Source: Trypanosoma brucei
Taxonomy: Eukaryota
Assembly (NCBI GenBank): GCA_000002445.1
Contig: CP000070.1
Location: 928,001-992,000, forward strand
Length of the DNA stretch: 64,000 bases
Reading direction: 5' to 3'
The notes under the pieces were generated by a model that saw nothing but the letters and a program-made list of their open reading frames with translations, did not search any database and was not told where the DNA came from. Positions within the stretch are counted from its first letter, which is position 1, and every line of letters starts with the position of its first letter. This document shows, one piece after another, positions 48,289 through 58,159 of this stretch. The position numbers and the translations under genes were made by a program.

Positions 48289-49311
48289 TTAGTTTGGGCT
48301 CATGAAGTTGGTGGTTCCGATCATCCGAGTCGTCGGGCTACTGAGAGCCGCGCCGCAAAGGCTGCCGGTGGTTGGGTCCGAAGCACCCAGGGGTGTAAAA
48401 AAGGACGAAACGCTGCCCTGAAGGATTCCGTCTCGCACCGGATTAAGAGGCATGTATGACTGAAAGCAAAGCGGCTCCATAGTCTTGGACGAAGGATGGT
48501 ACTGCTCGGGTTGAGTTGCTGAATTCGACTGTTGTACCCGCGGAATAGTCATCGCCGGAACTGGTTGGGTTGTCATGCTTAAGACGCTTAACTCCATGGG
48601 GCTGCTGCTTCCACAAGTTTTTATGTTGCCAGTAACGATGCCACCTGTGTCACCCTCACTAAGCACTACCGGCGGCTGTATTGTTGAGAGTGCCGGGGCC
48701 CAACTAGCTGGCACCGTTTGCACAAACTGCTGATTGCCTACGGGAGCCGCCATAATGCCGGGCGCTGCTTGTATCATATGCATACGACCTCTGTCCACAA
48801 GTGCGAATGTGGCAGGGTGATGCACTGTCGTTTCTTGCGGCCGCGCCATTGCTGTTAGTACGCTGTTTCTTGAGTCGAATGGGTGTACAATGGGGCAGGG
48901 GACAAGGCTCGAGGTAGTCAAGGAGATTTGCTCCACAGCACCATCGCCGAAGCACGGCCCGCTCACTTTGGGTGGAGCAGAGCCCGGTGGTGCTCTCGGC
49001 CCTGGCTGACGCACGGATGTTGAACCTGCTGCCTGTGAGTACTTCCTGGGCCCAGTGGCTTGCGTGACACGAAGACGCTTATTGTTAATCGAGTATCCAT
49101 TCATCCGCGACATCGCGTTCATCGCGGACTCTACAAACTTGTAACGAACGAATCCGTATCCTTTAGGGTGATTTCCGTTCTCGCGGTCGCATATGATACG
49201 AACAGAAACTAATGGTCCAAAAGGTCTAAACAGCTCCTCAAGGTCTTCCTCCGTCACAGGGGTTGGGATGTAATTAACAATGAGATTGCGCGGATCCTGG
49301 TGCGTTTCCAT
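48289..49311 (-). CDS. RNA-binding protein with a single N-terminal RRM and a Q/P/S/T/A/M-rich low-complexity C-terminus
   Basis: The ATG at 49311 is verified. The RRM has RNP2 LIVNYIP and RNP1 KGYGFVRY, within NLIVNYIPTPVTEEDLEELFRPFGPLVSVRIICDRENGNHPKGYGFVRYKFVESAMNAMSRMNGYSINNKRLRVTQA. The remaining 240 aa are low complexity. I cannot say by eye which trypanosome RBP this is. Confidence 0.85.
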   Translation of the reverse strand: METHQDPRNLIVNYIPTPVTEEDLEELFRPFGPLVSVRIICDRENGNHPKGYGFVRYKFVESAMNAMSRMNGYSINNKRLRVTQATGPRKYSQAAGSTSVRQPGPRAPPGSAPPKVSGPCFGDGAVEQISLTTSSLVPCPIVHPFDSRNSVLTAMARPQETTVHHPATFALVDRGRMHMIQAAPGIMAAPVGNQQFVQTVPASWAPALSTIQPPVVLSEGDTGGIVTGNIKTCGSSSPMELSVLSMTTQPVPAMTIPRVQQSNSATQPEQYHPSSKTMEPLCFQSYMPLNPVRDGILQGSVSSFFTPLGASDPTTGSLCGAALSSPTTRMIGTTNFMSPN

Positions 49312-50814
49312 TGTCCTGCTTGTGTGGCGGAGACGAGAACGTGCTTCGATCCGCTATTTCCTCGTTTTGACTGCTGCTGACGCCCTTTTATGGAATTAGT
49401 GCGCGCGATGAGTGTCCCACTTCTCTCCACACGGCACAAAAATCCCTTGATGTATAGCAGTTTAAGGGACCCAGAAAGACACTGCAACTGGGCTTGAATG
49501 TGCTGATGGACCTTACTTCTTTTCCCTCCTTTCTTCTCTACCGAATGTACAGATACAAATGACGGGAAGTATCCCCTTTCTATCTATGCTAACCGGTAGT
49601 TGTATCCCTTCGACAAGTCCCCACCTTTTCTCTCTTTGGTGTTGATTCTCCTCCCTTAGTCGTTGCAAACAACTTTAAGAGAAGAAAAACAGTAGACATG
49701 ATTGAAACGGATTGTTTAGAAAGGTAGCAAAGCGTTGGTGGAGTAGCGAATATCATGAAGGTGCAAAGGCAGAAAAGTGCGAGTTTAAGTTTATTTGGTT
49801 TCGTGTAAGAAGAAAATGGTGCAGTGGCCGCATCCCACAGCCATCTTTGGCAAATGACGACAGCAGGGTAGCAAATGAACGGCTTCGGAGAGGGGGGAAA
49901 TACAAAAAAAAAAAAGAAGCACTAAGAGAGTAAATTTTTTAAAAATCCCTAACGTAATCTCCTTCCCTCTCGTTCACCTCCAAGAAGAAAAATACAAAAG
50001 CTCCTCCCGCTTTCTTGCTGTCGTCGTTGGTTTCATTCCACAAACGACCTCACCGTCACCGAAGTATAATTCTTCTCTGACCTCACACTCCGGTTTTCTG
50101 AATCCTTTCTCATCTCTACACCTTCGGTGCTCCGTTTCTACGGTGAAGCCCCACACGAGACGGCACCCATGCCACAGTTTTCACCTACATTAACTTCTGC
50201 CACTTTGCTTGTGTGTGCGCTCAAAGGAATTGGTGGTAGACACAACTAAGAATTAGGGATAGGGTGAAGTGACTAAAATCTCTAATAACGTCGAAGATAA
50301 TAGCACCGTTTTAATATCAGGGTGGGGACTAGAGGGTGGAGAGTGGAGGGCGGCGGTGGTGGAAACACACGAAGAAGCACGGGAAACGAAAGAAACTGGA
50401 GGCATCTCCAAACCCCTCTGCTGCAGCGCACACTCGAAATCGCTCATTGCCAAGTCTTCGGTTGTTCATACATTTATAAAGCACCACTACCATAGGGCCG
50501 CCATTTCCCCCCAATTCTCAATGCGCTTATTTGCGTAGGTAGCACACGTGTATATATATTATAACAATGTATACATGTATGTATATGTGCACAAGTCATA
50601 CAGAGTGATTGCTCACGCGTGCAGCGAAAAGCATCTGCGCGCTCTAAACAACTGCTATTGTACATATGAAGCATCTTGAAAGCTGAAATTTCCCGCCCTC
50701 TTTACATAAAAGTCAGACCGTACCGAAACTTCATTCGACATCTACGAAAAGAGAGGATATCAGACAGCGTCAACCAGTAATTCCAAATAGAGAGTGAGCA
50801 ACTCCTCTCACACC

Positions 50815-53364
50815 CTATGCACTACTCGGTTTAACATCTTTGTTTGTATTATAAATAAGCGGAACATCCTGAACGTGTCCCATTATTTGATCAGGTGGGA
50901 GATTCTGCGGCAGGCGATTTACGAATGGTTGAAGTCTGCTTCCCAACGACCGCGGCCGCATCTTGTCGACAGGACGGTTGCAACCAAGGCAGCGGAAGCC
51001 CCTAAAACCCATCAGAACATCAGCAACACCGCCGCCGTCGTGCTCCTCACTCAAGATGCGCTGCATGTTGACAAGATCTTCCTTGCCTGCCTTGCCATCC
51101 AACATGTCGCGTAGTATATTGAGAGATTTGTCAAGTGTATCAATGAGGCTTGCGTTGGTGGTGTTGAGAACCTGCTCCACCTCACGCATCAACCTCTCCA
51201 GTGCGTTCTCAACGTAATCGCGCTCAGCCTTGTTGGCCACAAGCTGCGCATCCGCCTTGCAGCGGTCAATATGCTCCACATATTTACGCAGAGTGTCTAG
51301 TTCACCGCTAGTGCCGTCCCTGACGGCCTGTAGCATCTGCATTTGCTCCACTAGGTCCTTCTGTACATTTTGAATTTGTTCCTCCTGCTTCTGAGCTGTG
51401 GCAGCGGCTCCCTCGCTGCCACCCTTACTGCTCTCCATTTCCAAAAGCTGTCGCAAACCGCGAACGTCGTCAGCCAAACGCTGAAGCCCGGAGTAATCTG
51501 CCTTGCGATCGTCGAGGTTAAGTACGTTGCCTTCAACACTTACCAAACGGTTTTGCAACTGATTTAGACGTTTGGACAGGTCCTTCACACGCTCCTTTAC
51601 TTCCTCATCCCCCTTAAGGTCGGCTAATACTGGACTTCCATCCCCTGATTCCTGTCCCTGTTTGGACCCCAATTCTTTGTCAGCCTTCATTTGTCCCTCA
51701 TCACTCACACCTCCCCCAGTCTCCGGAGATGACTCCTGAGCGGCGCCCTTGTCTTGTTTTTTCCTCTCTAACGTAGCGCACAGCCTACCGAGCCCCTTGG
51801 CTTCCCCTTGCAACTTACGAATTGCCCCCCACACTTGCTCTAAGTCTCCCTTATCCACTCCTGACTCAAATTCTTTGGACTCTGCTAGCTCCTTTTCAAC
51901 GCCACTCGCGGGCTCCCCTACCGACTGAGGTGGGATGGGGGACGTCTCCTTCGCCTTCGGCTGGGAGTCAGTGGGAGTGATTTTCAGTAGTTTGTCATTC
52001 ATGCGCCGGAACGCCGCCTCAAGGTTATTGAGACGAGCTCTCAAATCCCTCACCTCCGTGTTTGCCGGTCTGTTTTGGGTAGAGGAAGATGATACAACAT
52101 CACCACCAGAACCGGTGACAATGCCAGTGGGACGGGCCTCAACAGCAGCTTCCGGAGCGGTGTCACCTTCCGCAACACCGCCAACGTCGCCATCACCGCT
52201 GTTGCGGAAAGAGCTTTCAGTACCTTCGTGTGGCGTAGTCCTCGCAACATCGTCCGTGGTGTCACCCAAGTATGGCATGCCACCCCCTTCAAGCGCACTA
52301 AGGCGTCTCTTAAGTTCCTCCAGCTCTTCTTCCACTCCCTCCAGGCGCGCAGATTGTACGGCATCAAGACCATCACCAGGCCCGACGGTGCGCATCAGGT
52401 CAACATCCTTCTGCAGTCCCTTCAACTCACTCAATATCTCCGCTACGACGCGATTGAGGCGACCTATACTCTCTTCATCTTGACGTACGCGCACGAAAAG
52501 TGATTCGGGATTGTTGGAATCCTCTGGGGACATCCCCCTCGTGAACGACACACCACTGATTGAGCTCCTTCCCTGACTCATCCGACGGCCTGACACTGGA
52601 CGTGTCACCCTTCCGGAGGGTTGTGCGAGGCTGGACTCACCCTGCTGCCCCAATTGGTCGGGCACCACATCCTCGGCGCGGTTGTCCGGTTGCATAGACT
52701 CCCCAGTTGGATCTTCCTCTTTTGGGGATATCCCATCAAGTTGAAGCTCTTCATTTGCGCGCTGCAGAATAACTTCACCAACCGCCACACCCTCAGTATC
52801 TCCTCCCTTTTGTTTCTCCTTCGTCACGAAATCGCCGTCGGTTCCACTGAGAGGTGATTGTTGCGTCGTGGAAACTTTCCTCCTGGCGTGGTAAAGCTGT
52901 TCAATGGAGGCGTTATTCATCGGTTCGCAGAAATTTCCCACCATCCTCTTTAGGTATTCGATTTCATCCCAAAGTGGCTGTAGGTTATCGGATTGCCCTC
53001 TGTCCTCGTATGGAGGTAACCACTCCGCTGGTGCTTGCTCCAATTTAGAGTCTTCTGCCTCAGTTTCCACCGTCTCCACCGTCGCCCCTTCGGGTTTTTG
53101 TGGTTGCTGCCGGTGGGCTCCCGGTGCCCGGGACAGAATGTTCTGTAACTGCGCCTCACGATCGGCGTCGCGCCTCCGCAACTCGTCCATTTCCATCCGC
53201 AGCAGGGTCAGTTCGTTGTCTTGTCTCTCATTTGCAGTTTCTGACTGCTTCAGCCGCTTAATGATATCCTCAAAAAGCAGCTGCAAGGGTTGAAATGACA
53301 TGGTGTAGCTGATGAGCTTTGACAGGTCAATTTCACAGCCCTCATCGCCAACAACGTACGACAT
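50815..53364 (-). CDS. large hypothetical coiled-coil protein (849 aa)
   Basis: The ATG at 53364 is verified. There are extensive E/L/R/K/Q-rich heptad-like stretches (for example LEELKRRLSALEG and LNQLQNRLVSVEGNVLNLDDRKADYSGLQRLADDVRGLRQLLEME). There are no catalytic motifs. The C-terminus has a single CxxC (FRCLGCNRP). Confidence 0.75.
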   Translation of the reverse strand: MSYVVGDEGCEIDLSKLISYTMSFQPLQLLFEDIIKRLKQSETANERQDNELTLLRMEMDELRRRDADREAQLQNILSRAPGAHRQQPQKPEGATVETVETEAEDSKLEQAPAEWLPPYEDRGQSDNLQPLWDEIEYLKRMVGNFCEPMNNASIEQLYHARRKVSTTQQSPLSGTDGDFVTKEKQKGGDTEGVAVGEVILQRANEELQLDGISPKEEDPTGESMQPDNRAEDVVPDQLGQQGESSLAQPSGRVTRPVSGRRMSQGRSSISGVSFTRGMSPEDSNNPESLFVRVRQDEESIGRLNRVVAEILSELKGLQKDVDLMRTVGPGDGLDAVQSARLEGVEEELEELKRRLSALEGGGMPYLGDTTDDVARTTPHEGTESSFRNSGDGDVGGVAEGDTAPEAAVEARPTGIVTGSGGDVVSSSSTQNRPANTEVRDLRARLNNLEAAFRRMNDKLLKITPTDSQPKAKETSPIPPQSVGEPASGVEKELAESKEFESGVDKGDLEQVWGAIRKLQGEAKGLGRLCATLERKKQDKGAAQESSPETGGGVSDEGQMKADKELGSKQGQESGDGSPVLADLKGDEEVKERVKDLSKRLNQLQNRLVSVEGNVLNLDDRKADYSGLQRLADDVRGLRQLLEMESSKGGSEGAAATAQKQEEQIQNVQKDLVEQMQMLQAVRDGTSGELDTLRKYVEHIDRCKADAQLVANKAERDYVENALERLMREVEQVLNTTNASLIDTLDKSLNILRDMLDGKAGKEDLVNMQRILSEEHDGGGVADVLMGFRGFRCLGCNRPVDKMRPRSLGSRLQPFVNRLPQNLPPDQIMGHVQDVPLIYNTNKDVKPSSA

Positions 53365-54008
53365 CTTGAACCTCTTCTTTCCAGCTCCCCTTTCCTACTT
53401 TTTTGACAGCTCTACTACTGCTCTTTTTTTTTTCTGTTTACTCCCTTCGTTTGTTGATCCTATCTATCTATTTTGTTGCGGGACCACACACGACAACAGT
53501 AAACTATTACTTTCACACTAGTCACAAACTCTCACACTCTTTCTGCTCTTCTTTCGTCTACCACCCCGTACTTTTCCGCTTTCCCAAGCCTTTTTGCTGC
53601 GTATGCAATGGCTTCCACACTGTGTTTCCTCACAACACTCTTACTGCTTACGTACTGGGACCACACCAATCCAAAACAATAGTAAGCAGCGAAGTATCAG
53701 CAAAAAAATAAATAAAACAGTGGATGAGAACGGAAATGACAAGAAAAATTACCCATTATATGATGCCAATGGAATGTTTGACGGTAGAAAATAAGATAGC
53801 ATAGCTAGCCATTTACCCATACAGGCACCATGAAACGGTGTCCTCTCAAGAAGGGGCGGGAAAGGGGGGAGTAACAGCACCCAATTCATCTCATGTCCTT
53901 CCCTCTCCTTCATCACAATGTGAATGCACCGATTCACATACAAATATCTTCCTGTGCACTTTTCCTTGCGAATTGCTTCGACCATACACTTTTGGTTGAA
54001 CCCCCTTT

Positions 54009-54605
54009 TCACTGTTGGCCCCATGGGACGCGCGCCGGTAGCAGTCGCCGCACATCCTCTCGCTCCGCCAACAGGTGTTCTTCCACAAACCGCCGCAAAG
54101 CCGGCATTACATTCGGGTTTTCAATCTTGAGTTCCTCACATGTCTCAAGCCACAGGAAGTTAGACGCATTTAGCTTCCCTTTGCTTGGTGTATCGTCAAT
54201 GAGAACAGTGTTCTGTGGCGTTGCTATTTCTGGAAATCGACGGTACACCTCACGCAGGTCCTTCACCGTGGCGTGTTGGTCATCTCGGCTCGTGGCGCTC
54301 ACACGTCGGAACTCATCAGCAGTCGTGTGTTCGCGGGACCAGACAAAAGCAAAGTTCACCTTTTGTGCATGTTGACTGAAAACAGCCTCCATCAGGGGAG
54401 TGGTATTGCGCGCGGTGGTGGAGCTCCACACGGCAAGGGTGCAGTGCTGCTGTAGGGCGAGGAGTGTCTCCATGGCACTGGGGCGAAGCCACACGCGACT
54501 CATCCCAACGGTTATGGCGCCCCCCGGCATGCCTGACGGAACGCGACTGGCATGTATACGCTCCAAAAGCGTCCCGCGCAGTCCAAAAACCAGCAATGGT
54601 CTCAT
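54009..54605 (-). CDS. NIF/FCP1-like (HAD-family CTD-phosphatase-like) protein in which the catalytic DxDx(T/V) motif is replaced by GLRGT; predicted catalytically inactive
   Basis: The track start at 54659 is GTG. The first ATG is at 54605 (plus 'cat' at 54603-54605). The protein begins MRPLLVFGLRGTLLER, where the family has hhhhDLDETLh. Downstream it matches the NIF domain: VWLRPSAMETLLALQQHCTLAVWSS, KDLREV and TVLIDDTPSKGKLNASNFLWLETC (compare viivDdsp.sf..qp.NaipI). Confidence 0.65.
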   Translation of the reverse strand: MRPLLVFGLRGTLLERIHASRVPSGMPGGAITVGMSRVWLRPSAMETLLALQQHCTLAVWSSTTARNTTPLMEAVFSQHAQKVNFAFVWSREHTTADEFRRVSATSRDDQHATVKDLREVYRRFPEIATPQNTVLIDDTPSKGKLNASNFLWLETCEELKIENPNVMPALRRFVEEHLLAEREDVRRLLPARVPWGQQ

Positions 54606-56321
54606 CGCAAGGAATACTATACGAACAACTGTGACCTGTATATCGATCGAAACACGCACCGAAATGAGTCTGTGTGATGCAAAACGAATTCGTTACTGTG
54701 ACTATTGTTGCTGCTGAAATTGTGTGAGGTGTTGGCAGCTACACAGTTGCCTCTCAGTCCGCCCTCCGTGCACGCCCACGTAGGCAAAAACGAAAACCTT
54801 CGTGCCTCACACGATCTACGCTAATTCTCCGCACGACTAGTGGGCGTGGAACAACAACTGACCGGATATATATATGTATATATATATTGTTTGGAGATAC
54901 GAAGAAACAACGGACAGCCCCTTTCTTCTTTTATGTCCGCTGAGTTCCGCTAGCACCACCGCCTCAGCTATTCTCCTTCCCCACCCAACACGCCAAGAAA
55001 CAGAACAAAAGACACGTTACTACTCCCCAGCTTAGCAGAAAGGGGTACGGAGAGAATATGGCTCCCACTTCACACAAACGCTGACACACGTATGCATTCA
55101 GATGGGGAAAAGCAGAGAGTGAAAGGGAGTACATAAACCATGCAAATGCACAAACAGAACGAAAACAAGCGAGGGAACAGGCGCAATTACGTGAACCTCC
55201 CCTCCCACTTAATGCTGAAGATTGTGAGGTGGTGCAGCAGTCGTTACGTGGTCTTACATGCACTCATACATATGAACAAGCGTGTATTTTCTTACTATGC
55301 AAACAAAGCGTGTTACACGTTAGTTTGTGAAGGCATAATTCACACAATCCGTCAGATGTGTTCCATAGTGAACAACCACCACACGGTCCTCTGTCTACAC
55401 AAGAATGCGACATCACCGTAACACCCGCAGCTTGCATGCATTAACGAATAAATACAGGAAACTAATAAATCAATTTTATCCCTTCCTCCTCGTCCGTTAT
55501 ACCTTTTCATCCGCTTCTCTTCCCTTCAAAACTTACTGTAAGATCATCTGGTTCCCTCTTTGGACCGTGATACCCCCTCCCACCTCAACCACCACCACCG
55601 TTATCTTTACAATTCCCTGCTGTTACTTTTATTATCATTATTATTGCTTCCTTACTGTTATATAGTTGGGAGGGGGAAGGGGAGAATCTTTCTTCGTAGA
55701 CCGTATCTCGAAACGCTCCTTCATGTGAAACCCGTCGCTCTCCATAGCTACTTTGTGTTTTGTTGTTCTTTACCTGCCACTGTTGCTACCCATTCTTTTC
55801 TCCTCCATCCTTTCTTCAATGTTCTCGCTACCATTCATTGTTATTGTTGCCCCAACTGCTATCAACATGACAGGCAATGAAAATACATATGCTTCAAAAT
55901 AGGGGGAAATGGAAGAACGAAAGAAGTCGACAAACGCTGTCGTCCGCTCATTCCTCGGACTATTTTTTTTTTCCACCCTCCGCCACTTCGTATGCACCGC
56001 GCACAAACGCAAACACAAGCCGATCCCTCCCCCCCCCCGTGCGGGAACAAATGAAGAGTGAGAAAAGCGAAATGGGGAGAAAAAAAAAAGAGACGGACAA
56101 CACACCGGAACAAGCGAGGCGCAAGGAAAAAAAAAAACGGAGCGGTGTGGAAGGAAGGAGGGCAGGACACAAGTCGAAAATAGAGAGGAAATTAAACAAC
56201 AATAAAGAGTGCGGCGCTCCCCACGCAGGCGACGGTCAGGGGGGAAAAATGTTGTCCAGGGCAATCAGAAAAATAAAAGGGCTGTACCCCGTCAGTGATT
56301 CATATAGGAAGAAGAGACATA

Positions 56322-57848
56322 TTATCGCCAAAAGATTATGTAGCGCTCGTATGGGTAAACATAGCGCTGAAATGCCTCACGACCAATCTGGAGGTCCGGC
56401 ATCCCCATCGCAAACATCGCTAAAACACAGCCGCATCCAAAGTAGAAGAACACGCTACTGATTGCGTAAAGCAGGCACCGTTTTTCCATGCGTTGTTTCA
56501 GTGTCAGTACTCCGAAGAATATCGCAAACCAAATGCAAAGGGATATGAGTGAAATTATCCAAGGTATTGCGATGTAGCCCGGCATTGGTTCCTGAAAATA
56601 ATTCCCCTCAACGGCAAGCTTCCCCGCCAAAACAACTTCGAACAAAAGGTTCACCACACTCACCCACACTGATGGACCAAGTTTGTTAGTTGGGTCAAGT
56701 CCGCTGATATAAAAGTAGTACTCGCATACGGCAGGTATCGCCAAGAACAGCCACATAACCAGCCGCAAAACAACAAGATGATGTTTGGGGGGTATATGAA
56801 GGATGTGTTTCACGGTAAACGTGTTCAACTCTTGAAGGGTCATCAGGGAAAGTAAAAGAAGAAACTGCACGAAGCGTTTTGGACTAAGAAACACATTCCA
56901 CTCGTACGGAACCAATGATTGAGGCACGAGCTGCGATATGAAGCGACGCGCCTTCCCGCATTTACTCTTCACATTATCTGATAACACCCAATTATATCTC
57001 CGTGCGTGAAATATGCGCAAAGCGAGTATTCCTAATAATGTTCCGCCGCCATTGCATATGAGGACATCCAACAGCAAATGGTCCCACCAGCACTCCTTAA
57101 AGTTCGGCAGTGCGTGCTGGAACGTCACCTCGACAATCTCAAACACAACTGAAATGCACGTTGAGGCACGCCAATCCCTCACAATAATCGTCTTCGCGAA
57201 ATACCCCAGTGTATGGGCAACTATAAAAATGTCAAAAGTCGTGCGGACAAAAAGGAATGGGTCATCTGAAGTGAAAATGCGACAGTCCTCGGCGTATTGC
57301 CTCTCCTCCGGTAGTGACTTAAGTGAAGGATCGTGCAGCAATAGAATTGCACGTATTGTGTCCAAACTTTGAAACAGCAGAAAAGATAGCAACGCCAGAT
57401 ACAAGACACCCACGGCCAACACCGCCCGCCAGAAACTCGGATGCGGGCGCAGCAACATCGAATCGGGAAGGTGGGTGGCGCCAAAAGCTATAAAAGATAC
57501 TCCAGAAGCCGCAAGGCCCAATTTTACACTGCTGACAACATCCATATCTAGGTAGTGGCAGTAACGCACCATGAAAAGGAATACTGCTAACAGAACAATA
57601 AGGACCGAAAGCGTACGGGGCGTGTACATCGCGTCTTCTGTACCACCATTAGCGATGCAAGTTTCCTCCGACTGCTGCTTCGGGTTTATCTCTCTGCTGA
57701 TAGGCAGTGAATTTAATTTCTTCACCTTTTTCGGGCCAGAACTGTGACTGCTCACACTACCTTTTCGACTGTCAATACCCTTACGTGAGGCACCGGTGCC
57801 TTTGGGGCTACTGAAGCTACCGGTAGCACTGTTGAGCTTACCGGCCAT
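56322..57848 (-). CDS. phosphatidylserine synthase, base-exchange type (PTDSS/PSS-family polytopic membrane protein)
   Basis: The track start at 57968 is TTG. The first ATG is at 57848 (plus 'cat' at 57846-57848; MAGKLNSATGS...). After a hydrophilic N-terminus there are at least 8 hydrophobic segments. The conserved PSS-family block is HALPNFKECWWDHLLLDVLICNGGGTLLGI. About 508 aa. Confidence 0.75.
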   Translation of the reverse strand: MAGKLNSATGSFSSPKGTGASRKGIDSRKGSVSSHSSGPKKVKKLNSLPISREINPKQQSEETCIANGGTEDAMYTPRTLSVLIVLLAVFLFMVRYCHYLDMDVVSSVKLGLAASGVSFIAFGATHLPDSMLLRPHPSFWRAVLAVGVLYLALLSFLLFQSLDTIRAILLLHDPSLKSLPEERQYAEDCRIFTSDDPFLFVRTTFDIFIVAHTLGYFAKTIIVRDWRASTCISVVFEIVEVTFQHALPNFKECWWDHLLLDVLICNGGGTLLGILALRIFHARRYNWVLSDNVKSKCGKARRFISQLVPQSLVPYEWNVFLSPKRFVQFLLLLSLMTLQELNTFTVKHILHIPPKHHLVVLRLVMWLFLAIPAVCEYYFYISGLDPTNKLGPSVWVSVVNLLFEVVLAGKLAVEGNYFQEPMPGYIAIPWIISLISLCIWFAIFFGVLTLKQRMEKRCLLYAISSVFFYFGCGCVLAMFAMGMPDLQIGREAFQRYVYPYERYIIFWR

Positions 57849-58159
57849 GCACACTCGAGAGATTCTCGAAGCCCTGTTTGTTCCACGGCAGCACCGCACG
57901 CAGTTGTAATGAAAAATATACTTAATACGGGGTTTTCCCGCCCTCAGTGACGGAAAAAAAAAGGACAAAAGAAGGTAATCAGCGACAAGACAGAGTCAAG
58001 ACAGGAGAAACGACATTCTTGCTTCTACAACTCACCTAAGTCAGATATCTATTGACATCTCTCGAGTCAATCTACCGGTCATGCCTACGCAGACACAATC
58101 CCAGTTCGGTATCTTCATTACCTCCGCAGCCAATAACGAGTAAAGGAAGCTCAATGCCA

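Noticed and set aside
48289-49311. Assigning the RRM gene to RBP10 on the basis of the very long downstream region.
   Set aside because: The neighbouring genes (TyrRS, PSS, PAP) point, from my memory of gene IDs, to chromosome 7, whereas I recall RBP10 on chromosome 8. I cannot verify the identity by eye, so I leave the symbol blank.
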